Origin: Opitutales bacterium | GTDB lineage: Bacteria; Verrucomicrobiota; Verrucomicrobiia; Opitutales; PNEW01 | Direction of reading: 5' to 3' | Assembly (NCBI GenBank): GCA_965219535.1 | Contig: CBDCNV010000002.1 | Coordinates: 2,130,001-2,162,000 of the forward strand | Length of the DNA: 32,000 nucleotides | Shown: one piece after another, positions 1 through 8,446 of the stretch | How positions within the stretch are numbered: the stretch's first letter is position 1 | Layout of the letters: each line of letters begins with the position of its first letter | Notes under the pieces: generated by a model | What the model was told of the DNA's origin: nothing | Database searches by the model: none | The model's input: only the letters and a program-made list of their open reading frames with translations | Translations under genes and position numbers: made by a program

Positions 1-944
1 AAGCCTGTAAATTATGCCAGAGCGTGCGCCGATCGATGATTTCGGACGAGGCGATGCTAAAAGAAGACAAATCACCCGTTACGATTGCAGATTTTGGATC
101 CCAGGCACTCATCATAGATGAGCTGCATAAACATTTTCCCAAAGATCCGATAATCGCGGAAGAAGACGCTACAGAATTGCTCACATTAGAAAATACACCC
201 GTTCGGGAAAGTGTGTACCAGCAAGTCCAACAAGTATCTCCCAGCTTAACGGAAGATGAAATAATTGACGCCATTCAACGAGGCAATTATTCCGGACAGG
301 AAGTGGGGCGGCAGTGGGTGCTTGATCCCATTGACGGGACGAAAGGTTTTTTGCGCAATGGGCAATATGCAGTAGCGCTTGCGCTGATTGAGGATGGAAA
401 AATAGTGCTGGGAATTCTTGGCTGTCCGAATCTCGCCATTGATTTTAATAATCCAGAAAGTTCGATCGGTTGCTTATACTTCGCGCTACGCGGTGAGGGT
501 GTGATTTCACGGAGTTTAGAGGTCCCCAATGAATTATCAGTTAGTGTCTCTGAGATCAGCAATCCATCCGAGACTAAAGTCTGTGAATCCAGGGATTCGG
601 GGCATTCCTCACACGGTAAAGCCGCACAGATTTCCGATCGTTTAGGTATCACAGCCACGCCAATTCGCATTGATAGTCAGTGTAAATATGCAGTCGTGGC
701 ACGCGGTGATGCTTCAATCTATCTCAGGCTGCCCGCGAGTCGCGGGTATGAGGAAAAGATATGGGATCACGCCGCAGGTGTCATCATTATCGAAGAAGCG
801 GGGGGGAGAGTTTCTGATGTAGAGGGTAGGCCGCTCGATTTTACAAGAGGCAATACTTTAAAGGGAAATAGAGGGGTCATAGCCACAAGTGCACCTATTT
901 ATGATGAAGTGATTGCTGTCGTTCGAGAAATTATGGGCGGATAG
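1..944 (+). CDS. 3'(2'),5'-bisphosphate nucleotidase, HAL2/SAL1-type (inositol monophosphatase family); 5' end runs off the window
   Basis: The frame is open from base 3 to the TAG at 942-944, and the listed GTG at 24 is probably internal. It carries the IMPase-family motifs WVLDPIDGTKGF and WDHAAGVIIIEEAGG. The N-terminal KEDKSPVTIADFGSQA resembles the HAL2/SAL1 KSDKSPVTVADYGSQ segment, recalled from memory. Confidence 0.8.
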   Translation, partial: ACKLCQSVRRSMISDEAMLKEDKSPVTIADFGSQALIIDELHKHFPKDPIIAEEDATELLTLENTPVRESVYQQVQQVSPSLTEDEIIDAIQRGNYSGQEVGRQWVLDPIDGTKGFLRNGQYAVALALIEDGKIVLGILGCPNLAIDFNNPESSIGCLYFALRGEGVISRSLEVPNELSVSVSEISNPSETKVCESRDSGHSSHGKAAQISDRLGITATPIRIDSQCKYAVVARGDASIYLRLPASRGYEEKIWDHAAGVIIIEEAGGRVSDVEGRPLDFTRGNTLKGNRGVIATSAPIYDEVIAVVREIMGG

Positions 945-1022
945 ACGGAAGGCGGGAAGGCCGGAGGACCGGAAAGCCGGAAGGCTGGAGAGCCGGAGGG
1001 CCGGAAGGGTGGAAGGTTGGAA
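945..1022. repeat. Purine-rich degenerate short-period repeat (CCGGARRG-like units, GGAAGG-rich) directly after the stop codon
   Basis: Read directly: acggaaggcgggaaggccggaggaccggaaagccggaaggctggagagccggagggccggaagggtggaaggttgg. The top strand is almost all purine, with CCGG recurring every 8-11 nt. Confidence 0.6.
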
Positions 1023-1572
1023 TTATATGGGATACGGGATGAAAAAACTATTAGCAAATCCCGCATTTCCGCTTATACGCATTTACTCATTACCGCATAA
1101 ACGCATTCGCGTAAAATACTTATTCACAAAACGAGTACACAGGGCTGTGTTTTGTAAAAAAATATGAAAAAGTTCAGTGCCCGTTAAATACAAAAATAAA
1201 ATAACGAATATTCATTATTACTATCTACACGCTAAATGGAATTTAATTTTTGGTTACTCTGTTTTGTTAAGTGCTTAAGCGGCTTCGGTGAAGGTGGCGG
1301 GAGAGGAAAACCTGTCAATCGTGGTAGGAGTTTTTTCTCATTCAGTCTGTTTATCCTTGTCCTCATTTGTGGGGTATTAACGTCAATTTTGAAAAAATTG
1401 TAAAATTCCCATGCAGTGGATTTACCGTCTGGCTTAGCAATAAGAGATTATCAGCGCATCCAATTATTTTTTCATTCAAGATTAGCAAAAGAAACGTAAA
1501 CCATCTCTTCTCTAAAAATCACCCATCGTTAGCCGACACTATCCCTGGTATTATTTCTATTCAAATAATTGG

Positions 1573-3159
1573 ATGCAAAGAGAAGAATCATTGATTGAAC
1601 CCCTGCCAAACCCAATGGATTTAACGATTCCAGACCGAACGCGTGTGGATAATCATCATTGTGTTGATTTATTCGAATTAGCACAAAATGCGATTATTAT
1701 TCACGATCTTGGAAACCGCATATTGTATTGGAACCAAGCAGCTGAACTTCTTTATGGTTATACAGCGAAAGAAGTAACGGGAAAACATGCGCATGAACTT
1801 TTGTCAGAGGATGAATGCACGAAGCTTAACGAGGTAGAGAAAACATTGCTAGAAAATGGGGAGTGGCATGGCGATTTAAAACACCGAACAAAAGATGACC
1901 TGATTGTCGTCGTTGATAGTCAAAAGACCCTGCTTTGTGATGAATGGGGAACACCTCAATCGATATTGTTGATCAATACGGACAAGACGGAAAAGAAGCA
2001 ACTTGAAGCACAATACTTAAGATCCCAGAGAATGGAAGGCATTGGCAGCCTGGCGGGTGGAATAGCCCATGATCTTAATAATCTACTCGCGCCGATTACA
2101 TTATCAGCGGAATTATTATTAAGAAATTGTTTGGATGAGAAAAGCGAGGAATTGCTATCGATGATTAAAAGTAGTTCCAAACGCGCGGGTTCGGTTGTGA
2201 ATCAATTACTTTCTTTTGCGCGGGGTGTTCAGGGCGATGAACATATTTTGTTACAGCCCAAACATGTATTAAATGACATGGTGAAAATCGTCAAAGAGAC
2301 TTTCCCTGCAAATATAAACGTAAAATATCGGCTTCCGAGTGATCTGTGGCTTATCAACGGTGACCCTACTCAAGTACATCAAGTCCTTCTCAATCTCTGT
2401 ATCAATGCCAGAGATGCCATGCCACACGGAGGGGATCTTTTCTTAGAGGCCGCGAATATTTCTTTCGACCAGACCTATGTCATCATGTCGTCTGATGTGA
2501 AACCGGGTGCTTATGTTGGCATAAAGGTGAGAGATACCGGTGATGGAATGGCAAAAGAAACAATGAAGGATATATTTACGCCTTTTTATACGACGAAAAG
2601 TGATGGGGCGGGAACAGGTCTCGGTTTATCTACTTCAAATGGAATCGTACACAGTCATGGAGGGTTTATTACCGTAGAAAGTAAAATAGGCGAGGGTAGT
2701 ACATTTCAGGTTTATTTCCCAGCCGATCGATCAGGATTCAGCCAGGTCAGAAAAACGAATAATAAACCGCCACCCTTCGCGAAGGGAGAACTCATCTTAA
2801 TCGTCGACGATAATCCTAATATCCGAATCGCGACTCAGAAGGCATTGGAGTTTCAAAAGTATAAGGTATTAAACGCAGAAGATGGAACAGAAGCCATAGC
2901 TCAATTTGTGAAGACAGAAAATGAGGTTAAAGCAGTAATTACCGACATTAGCATGCCACAATTAGATGGTGTTGCACTGGTGCGTATTTTGAAAAAATTG
3001 AATCCGGAAATAAAAGTGATTGTTTCAACGGGACAAGGAGAGAAAAATAAAATCATCGAGTTGAAAGCTCTCGGGATTAAAGATTTCCTTTATAAGCCCT
3101 ATTCTTCAGAAACTTTGATTAACACGCTTCAGCAATCTTTAGTCACCACTTTAAACTAG
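1573..3159 (+). CDS. Hybrid sensor histidine kinase (PAS - HisKA - HATPase_c - C-terminal receiver)
   Basis: It has a PAS-like N-terminal region (IIIHDLGNRILYWNQAAELLYGYTAKEVTGK), H-box GGIAHDLNNLLAPI, N-box LLNLCINARDAM, G1 DTGDGM and G2 GTGLGLS. The receiver has LIVDDNP...DISMPQLDG...YKP. An alternative start is the ATG at 1615. Confidence 0.85.
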   Translation: MQREESLIEPLPNPMDLTIPDRTRVDNHHCVDLFELAQNAIIIHDLGNRILYWNQAAELLYGYTAKEVTGKHAHELLSEDECTKLNEVEKTLLENGEWHGDLKHRTKDDLIVVVDSQKTLLCDEWGTPQSILLINTDKTEKKQLEAQYLRSQRMEGIGSLAGGIAHDLNNLLAPITLSAELLLRNCLDEKSEELLSMIKSSSKRAGSVVNQLLSFARGVQGDEHILLQPKHVLNDMVKIVKETFPANINVKYRLPSDLWLINGDPTQVHQVLLNLCINARDAMPHGGDLFLEAANISFDQTYVIMSSDVKPGAYVGIKVRDTGDGMAKETMKDIFTPFYTTKSDGAGTGLGLSTSNGIVHSHGGFITVESKIGEGSTFQVYFPADRSGFSQVRKTNNKPPPFAKGELILIVDDNPNIRIATQKALEFQKYKVLNAEDGTEAIAQFVKTENEVKAVITDISMPQLDGVALVRILKKLNPEIKVIVSTGQGEKNKIIELKALGIKDFLYKPYSSETLINTLQQSLVTTLN

Positions 3160-3247
3160 TAATACGGGGTTGGCTGTTAAGAAGAACAGTTTATATGTGG
3201 GTAGTATGAAGTGTGAAATGTGACGAATCTTCGTCTGCGTCTAAATT

Positions 3248-3510
3248 GTCATTGCGAGGCGTTAAGCAACGAAGCAATCCAGAGGCCGTCTATTGCGTAT
3301 TCACAGTCTGAGATGTAAGGCTTCAATCAGTTGTACGATTGCTGTTTTTGATTCTGAAACCTTATTTATTTATAAATTGAAGATATGAACTCTCATTGGA
3401 AAGATCTAAGTGGAGACTGGTATCCGTAAAAACAATGATTAATCGTCTGAAGTGGAAGATGTCGCTACTCTTGGTAGCCGCGTTCGGCTGATAGCCTCCC
3501 TCGCAATGAC
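3248..3510. repeat. 263-bp non-coding segment bounded by a perfect 12-bp inverted repeat (GTCATTGCGAGG / CCTCGCAATGAC)
   Basis: gtcattgcgagg at 3248-3259 and its exact reverse complement cctcgcaatgac at 3499-3510. I saw no clear target-site duplication and no ORF inside. Confidence 0.35.
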
Positions 3511-3520
3511 AATATTGATA

Positions 3521-3611
3521 GGCTGGTTCTCAGTGCGCTTCTTTTTTAAAACTATTAAAAAACGCGGTAGGGACACGATTCGACCAACCTCATCGCAGGA
3601 CGCGTTCCACC
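3521..3611 (+). repeat. Copy of a dispersed intergenic repeat (GGCTGGTTC.CAG.GCGCTTC-Tn ... AACGCGGTAGGGACAC ... CGTTCCACCA)
   Basis: ggctggttctcagtgcgcttctttttt...aacgcggtagggacac...cgcgttccaccatcatattg aligns by eye with 18396-18463 and 18283-18320. This copy has an extra ~25 nt between GGGACAC and CGTTCCACC. Confidence 0.6.
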
Positions 3612-3734
3612 ATCATATTGTATTTAATATCTGAAGGGACGAAGACGATGAGGCAGACCCGTCTTCTTCCCGTGACAAGCGAAGACGAAGATTTATTTCT
3701 TATCTTATAACCCTTAACCCTTCAAATACTGACC

Positions 3735-6700
3735 TTAAGCTGCCTGGTGAAACTTGCCAATCAGCGTTTGCAAGCGACGGCGTTCGCGCCAGCCGATCAG
3801 GGTCAGGATTAAACCTGCTCCCAGGTAAGTGGAGGGCTCGGGAACGGGAACGATTTCATTGCCTTCCCAGCGGGCACCAATTGTCAGGCCCGATCCCCAT
3901 GGATTGACAAAGCGTATCGCCGCTAACTGTGAGTCGGTCAAACCCTGGGAATTAAAGATAATCTGGTCTTCTCCCCCACCATTGGTGTCTCCATTATAGC
4001 TCAGGATAGAGAGTAATTGACCCGAAGTCGTCCAAGCTAATTCGAGTCCGCTGCTGTCGTCGTAATTAAGAATGCTCCCTCCGCTTCCAACATCAATCGA
4101 CGAGTCAGATGAGAGGGTCAGTGTCCCTAAAACTTCGTCGTGCGCATCACTGTCAAAAGTTCCACCGGCCAGGTCCATGTTCGCGGTGTCGATGATCTGA
4201 TTGTCGGCACTTAACAAAAGACTTCCGCTGTTAATGACGATATTGGCGGTTCCGTCAAGGGCATTGCCCGATCCGTTATTCAATTCTAATATGCCCGCGT
4301 CAATCGTTGTATCTCCGGTAAAGGTGTTAGTTCCAGTCAGGGTGAGGGTGCCGGTGCCCGCTTTGACGATATCTCCGGTCTCGGAGATTACCCCGGCAAA
4401 GGTCGTGCTCGTGGCATCCCCGACGGTCAGTGTTCCGTTACCTAAGAATACTTCTGAAGTGGCGCTGCCGCTGGTCAGTGATCCGATCGTTTCGGTGAAA
4501 CTGTTTACGTCGAGGCGTCCGGTCGAGTTGATCGTTACCGCGGAGGTGTCGGTGATTTGTTCGTTGCTTCCGACAAAGGCGATCGCGCTGTTATTGATGA
4601 TCAAGTCACCTGGGACCGAGGTGCCCCCGGATACATTCATGTTCAAGATGCCAGCGTTTACTGTTGTGCTGCCGGTGTAAGTGCTGCTGCCCCCGGTGCC
4701 CGCTCCCATAAACCAGGTGCTTGTTCCTTCTTTAATAAAATTACCCATCCCGCTGATCGCTCCTCCATTGATAATTCCCGCGAGGGCGGCGGTGTCCACG
4801 GTGAGGGTGGATCCGTTGAGGTCGATATCACCGGAGATACGCATCGTCGATCCTGATGAGTTCGCGATTGTGGCATTCGATCCCAGGGTGATGTCCCCGG
4901 TCCATTCTTCCAAGCCGCTGTTGGTCCAGAAAAGCGATCCCACTCCCCCTGCGCCAGTGCCATTAACCGTCAGTGGCTCAGCAGCCATATCGGCGCTGAT
5001 ACTGGAAATTTCAAGGGTTGCTCCGGACTGCACCACCGTCCCGCTGCCCGTGCCACCCAGTGCGTTGGCATCTGTAACTTCAAGGGAGCCCGCTTGTACC
5101 GTCGTTAAACCCGTGTAGGTGTTGACTCCATCTAATATCAACGTCCCGGTCCCGGTCTTATCGAAGGTACCGCTTCCCGCCATGATCCCTCCATAGGTCA
5201 GCGTCGTTGCGGCGTCGGTTTCGATCGTGCCCCCGCCAGCGTTTAATGCGATCCCCCGGTTGCTGTCTAAAGTAAAGGTAGCGGTTGTATTAAGCGTGCC
5301 GCCGTCAAAGGTGAGATGTCCGGGAGTTGCTGCACCGGGCGCTGTCCCCAAACCACTGTCCGCGCTGATGCTGATCGAACCATCGTTGATCGTCGTTGAC
5401 CCGGAGTAGGTGTTGACTCCTGAGAGGGTGAGAGTGCCGTTGCCATCTTTAATTAAAGTACCGGTGTCGGAGACGATGCCACTGAAAGTGGTGTCGCCAT
5501 TACCGCCGACGGTCAGAGCGAAGGTCTGATTATCAATATTACCGCTGACGTCCAGGGTGCTGGCGTCAGAGTTGATCGTCGCTGCGGATCCGAGATCGAC
5601 CGTGCCCTGCCATTCATTATTCCCGGAAATATTTTGCAATGCACCTTTACTGCTTTCGCCGGTGCCATTCAAAGTGAGTGCTTCGACTCCTACGGTAATT
5701 CCTGTGTCGAGGGCGAGGGTGCCACCACTGTTGACTGTCGTTCCGCTGCCGGTCGTTCCTAACGCGTTGCCGTTTTCAATTTCCAGAACGCCGTCATTAA
5801 CCGTGGTGTTTCCGGAATAAGTGTTAGCTGCAGTCAGAGTAAGTGTGCCATTGCCGTTTTTAATCAGATCACCCGAATCGGAAAGGACTCCACTGAAAGT
5901 TGTATTGGCGGCTCCCCCGACGGTCAAGTCAAAGGTCTGGTTGTCAATGTTACCGCTGATCTCTAAACTTCCCGCATCCGAGTTGATCGTCGCTGAGGAT
6001 CCGAGATCGACGGTTCCCTGCCATTCGTTGGTGCCACCGATATTCTGTAATGCTCCTGCCGTGCCAGCCTCTCCGGTGCCATTTATCGTGAGACCCTCAC
6101 CAACAACTGTGGTGATTCCCGTATCAAGGGCTAAGGTACCACCGCTATTGACCGTTGTGTCATTGGTGGTGTCACCGAGCGCACCGGCGTCTTCGATTTC
6201 CAGGACGCCATTATTGATCGTCGTGGTCCCGTCATAGCTGTTGTTATTGGTTAAAGTCCAGGTGCCGTCACCCTGCTTAACAATGTCGCCCCGCTCCGTG
6301 ATCGTGCCATCATAAGTTGCGTTGGTTGCATCGCCAACGGTAAGGACTCCTGCGGCTCCCGTTCCTAATTCAATTTCAGCCGTAGTGCTCGAACTGGAAA
6401 TTGAACCGACGGTGTCGTTCTCATTGGTGAAGTCGAGCAGTCCGTCCGAGAGAATAGTAATCGCGCTCGTATTTGAAATCTGATTGTTACGGTTGGCGTA
6501 TCTTACAATCGCACTGGCTGCAGCGCCACTTCCGTCACCAATCTGAAGGTCACTGCCAATGCTATTATCCACGCCGGTACGGTTTAAACGCATTTCGCCA
6601 TCTTCAACAATCGTGCCACCCGTGTAAGAATTGGTGCTACCGCCAGTGAAGGTTAAGCGACCGCCTTGCTGAGTAAACCCTCCTGCGCCGGAGACGCTAC

Positions 6701-7145
6701 CTTGAATGCGGAAATTCTGAGTGTTCGCGTTAAAAAAATCGAGATCGTCGTTGAGAACTATCGGTGCCACAATTCTGCTTCTGTCCTGCATGTCAACAGT
6801 GAGCGAGGCATTCCCGCTGCTCACATCAAAGGTAATCGTGTTGGAACCAGTGATATTGTATTCCCTGTTCCCGGTGTTGTGGAAGAAATCCATCTGCCCG
6901 ACCGTTACATTGATGTCGACCGAGATATTGCGGTTGGCAGTAATAATCGTCCCAAAATTCGCGGTGTCATCAATGGCATTAGGTGGACCTCCACCGGGTG
7001 TCCAGTTGCCGGCAGCACTCCAAGTGCCATTGGTGTCCACGTTCCAGTCGAAGACTTGCGCCTGCGCGGAAATACTCATGCTTAATGCGATGAGCAGACC
7101 GAGGCCGCGTAAGATTTTTGTCTCAACTGAATTTTGTTTTTTCAT
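3735..7145 (-). CDS. Giant secreted autotransporter-associated beta-strand-repeat (PATR-type) protein with C-terminal PEP-CTERM sorting signal
   Basis: Signal peptide MKKQNSVETKILRGLGLLIALSMSISAQAQ. Many G/T/N-rich repeats of the form GTLTLTG.NTYTG.TT...G.L follow. The C-terminus VPVPEPSTYLGAGLILTLIGWRERRR has a PEP motif, a TM helix and a basic cluster. The ORF is open to a TTG at 7166; I prefer the ATG at 7143-7145, which has GGTGGA upstream. Confidence 0.85.
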   Translation of the reverse strand: MKKQNSVETKILRGLGLLIALSMSISAQAQVFDWNVDTNGTWSAAGNWTPGGGPPNAIDDTANFGTIITANRNISVDINVTVGQMDFFHNTGNREYNITGSNTITFDVSSGNASLTVDMQDRSRIVAPIVLNDDLDFFNANTQNFRIQGSVSGAGGFTQQGGRLTFTGGSTNSYTGGTIVEDGEMRLNRTGVDNSIGSDLQIGDGSGAAASAIVRYANRNNQISNTSAITILSDGLLDFTNENDTVGSISSSSTTAEIELGTGAAGVLTVGDATNATYDGTITERGDIVKQGDGTWTLTNNNSYDGTTTINNGVLEIEDAGALGDTTNDTTVNSGGTLALDTGITTVVGEGLTINGTGEAGTAGALQNIGGTNEWQGTVDLGSSATINSDAGSLEISGNIDNQTFDLTVGGAANTTFSGVLSDSGDLIKNGNGTLTLTAANTYSGNTTVNDGVLEIENGNALGTTGSGTTVNSGGTLALDTGITVGVEALTLNGTGESSKGALQNISGNNEWQGTVDLGSAATINSDASTLDVSGNIDNQTFALTVGGNGDTTFSGIVSDTGTLIKDGNGTLTLSGVNTYSGSTTINDGSISISADSGLGTAPGAATPGHLTFDGGTLNTTATFTLDSNRGIALNAGGGTIETDAATTLTYGGIMAGSGTFDKTGTGTLILDGVNTYTGLTTVQAGSLEVTDANALGGTGSGTVVQSGATLEISSISADMAAEPLTVNGTGAGGVGSLFWTNSGLEEWTGDITLGSNATIANSSGSTMRISGDIDLNGSTLTVDTAALAGIINGGAISGMGNFIKEGTSTWFMGAGTGGSSTYTGSTTVNAGILNMNVSGGTSVPGDLIINNSAIAFVGSNEQITDTSAVTINSTGRLDVNSFTETIGSLTSGSATSEVFLGNGTLTVGDATSTTFAGVISETGDIVKAGTGTLTLTGTNTFTGDTTIDAGILELNNGSGNALDGTANIVINSGSLLLSADNQIIDTANMDLAGGTFDSDAHDEVLGTLTLSSDSSIDVGSGGSILNYDDSSGLELAWTTSGQLLSILSYNGDTNGGGEDQIIFNSQGLTDSQLAAIRFVNPWGSGLTIGARWEGNEIVPVPEPSTYLGAGLILTLIGWRERRRLQTLIGKFHQAA
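5436..6266 (-). repeat. Tandem duplication of a ~411-417 bp (~137-139 aa) module inside the PATR gene
   Basis: gagttgatcgtcgctgcggatccgagatcgaccgtgccctgccattc at 5569 matches gagttgatcgtcgctgaggatccgagatcgacggttccctgccattc at 5980, an offset of 411 bp. Protein modules aa ~301-439 and ~440-577 are near-identical (…NEWQGTVDLGS.ATINSDA..L..SGNIDNQTF.LTVGG…). Confidence 0.8.
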
Positions 7146-7270
7146 TTTCACTTTTAATTCCACCAACCTTTTATTAGCAAAACTAATTTAATCCTGACAC
7201 AATATTAGATACATACATTATATAGTGCAAGGAAAATGAGGTATTTATCCTATAAAAAAAATGTAAAAAT

Positions 7271-7492
7271 TTACTCATTAATAGGGGGCCAGGCAGCAGA
7301 TAAATCGGTGATAGAGGAATATTTAACTAATTTAGGGGCTTGGATTTTAGCCCACCCGTTGAAACCGAAGTAAATTGACAGAAAAAGTACGCCAATAATT
7401 ACTTCTTCAGAAAATAAAAGAAAGATAGCGGAGAGTAGGAAAGCACTACCCAAGAGTAATTTAACTAAAAGCATCGGACTGAATTCACCCAT
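7271..7492 (-). CDS. Hypothetical small membrane protein (73 aa, two predicted TM helices)
   Basis: The ORF has two hydrophobic stretches (LLVKLLLGSAFLLSAIFLLF and VIIGVLFLSIYFGFNGW). It sits in a gap between two minus-strand genes. No recognisable family. Confidence 0.4.
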   Translation of the reverse strand: MGEFSPMLLVKLLLGSAFLLSAIFLLFSEEVIIGVLFLSIYFGFNGWAKIQAPKLVKYSSITDLSAAWPPINE

Positions 7493-7570
7493 GCTTTAGT
7501 ATCGCTCCTACAATACTAAGGGGTATCGGTAATATACTGTATATTAACGAGAGAAAGCCGGTAGAGATTT

Positions 7571-7598
7571 AAAAAAGCTGAATTATGGGTATTCAGCT
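7571..7598 (-). terminator. Rho-independent terminator candidate downstream of the peptidase-E-like gene
   Basis: On the minus strand: agctgaat-acccata-attcagct, a perfect 8-bp stem (7576-7583 / 7591-7598), followed by TTTTT (7571-7575). It lies ~40 nt after the stop at 7640. The stem is AT-rich. Confidence 0.55.
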
Positions 7599-7639
7599 AA
7601 TTATCCGTAGGTGTAAGAGGTTGATTTTGGAATTGTTGA

Positions 7640-8341
7640 TCACTCCTCTAAAAAATGACAATCGATCTTATTTTCTGAGATCTGGTTTCCCGATTTATTG
7701 ACTGCATAAGCTGCAGCAGAGGGGCGTGAACTTACGACTTTATAAAGTTTTCTTTCGATAAAATGTAAGGCAACGCCGTCTTCCGTCGCCAGTCCATCGG
7801 CTATTTCTTCATTAAGTATCAACTGGTGGTAAGTGGGGCGACGAAGTGCTTCGCTATCATAGTGCGGACAGTTACTCCCCGGGAGAAAACCCAGGCATTT
7901 AAGTGGGGTGAGGCGTTCCGGAATTGAATCAGTTACTCCCTCTTCAAACCAACAGATAGACCCCGCGCTTACCCCGCCCAGGACAACGCCTTTCTCCCAG
8001 GCATTTCTCATAATCTCATCGAGCTTCCATTCACGCTATAAAACGAGCATATTTCGGGTATTTCCCCCTCCAACATAAATTGCATCTTGATTAAGAATTA
8101 TCGATTCCAAGTCCTCGCGGGGCGCATTAAACAGGCTGAGGTGGCTCGGTATACAGTTAAGACGTAGAGCTGCGTCGTAAAAGCGCCGAGTGGTGAAGTC
8201 AGAATCCCCACTTGCCGTCGGGATAAAACAAATTTTGGGGCAGGCTTGACCCGTTAGCTTGAGGAAGTATTTTTCAAGTAATAATTTATCCGGTTGCCAG
8301 GACAATCCGGCTCCACCGATGGCAAATATCTGTTTTTTCAT
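7640..8341 (-). pseudogene. Peptidase S51 (dipeptidase E / cyanophycinase-like) gene interrupted by a single in-frame TAG
   Basis: ORFs 8036..8341 and 7640..8011 are in the same frame. Reading through gives ...YVGGGNTRNMLVL*REWKLDEIMRNAWEKGVVLGGVSAGSICW..., with GGGNT and the GxSAG nucleophile motif of the S51 family. The combined length of ~233 aa is typical. Confidence 0.75.
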
Positions 8342-8446
8342 TCCATTTTAATATCTAATACTTGATCAAATCTCATAAACGTAAAGGATTACATTACCGG
8401 AAGGTTAGGATTTTCTGATCATAGCTAAAGCGCAATAGGAGTATCC

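Noticed and set aside
913-1167. 84-aa ORF overlapping the nucleotidase stop
   Set aside because: Its sequence (RRKAGRPEDRKAGRLESRRAGRVEGW...) is a translation of the purine-rich repeat tract, and it has no start context or homology signal.
1168-1572. Possible small RNA or riboswitch in the 630-bp region upstream of the kinase (e.g. gcggcttcggtgaaggtggcgggagaggaaaacc... at ~1280-1340)
   Set aside because: I could not fold a convincing conserved structure or recognise any riboswitch core by eye. Covariance-model scanning (Rfam/Infernal) would be needed.
1367-1594. 75-aa ORF upstream of the histidine kinase
   Set aside because: It lies in AT-rich intergenic DNA, starts on a non-ATG codon, overlaps the kinase start and has no recognisable features.
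3452-3634. 60-aa ORF in the convergent intergenic region
   Set aside because: It is composed entirely of the palindromic and dispersed repeat sequences (3499-3611), so it is very likely a repeat-generated artefact.
3636-3671. Hairpin as intrinsic terminator of the PATR gene
   Set aside because: The stem has a mismatch, and on the minus strand it is followed by ttcagatatt rather than a T-run. It may be structural, but it is not a convincing terminator.
4201-7191. Series of plus-strand ORFs (4201..4680, 4557..4856, 4681..5118, 5227..5409, 5557..5820, 5821..6237, 6666..7085, 6721..7191) and the minus-strand ORF 4658..4963
   Set aside because: All lie inside the 1143-aa PATR gene. They are P/V/S/A-rich, low-complexity antisense or off-frame translations of a G/T/N-rich repeat gene, with no motifs. 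They are shadow ORFs.
8036-8038. TAG as a reassigned sense codon or pyrrolysine
   Set aside because: TAG terminates at least two well-supported genes in the same window (942-944 and 3157-3159), and no pyl genes are seen.
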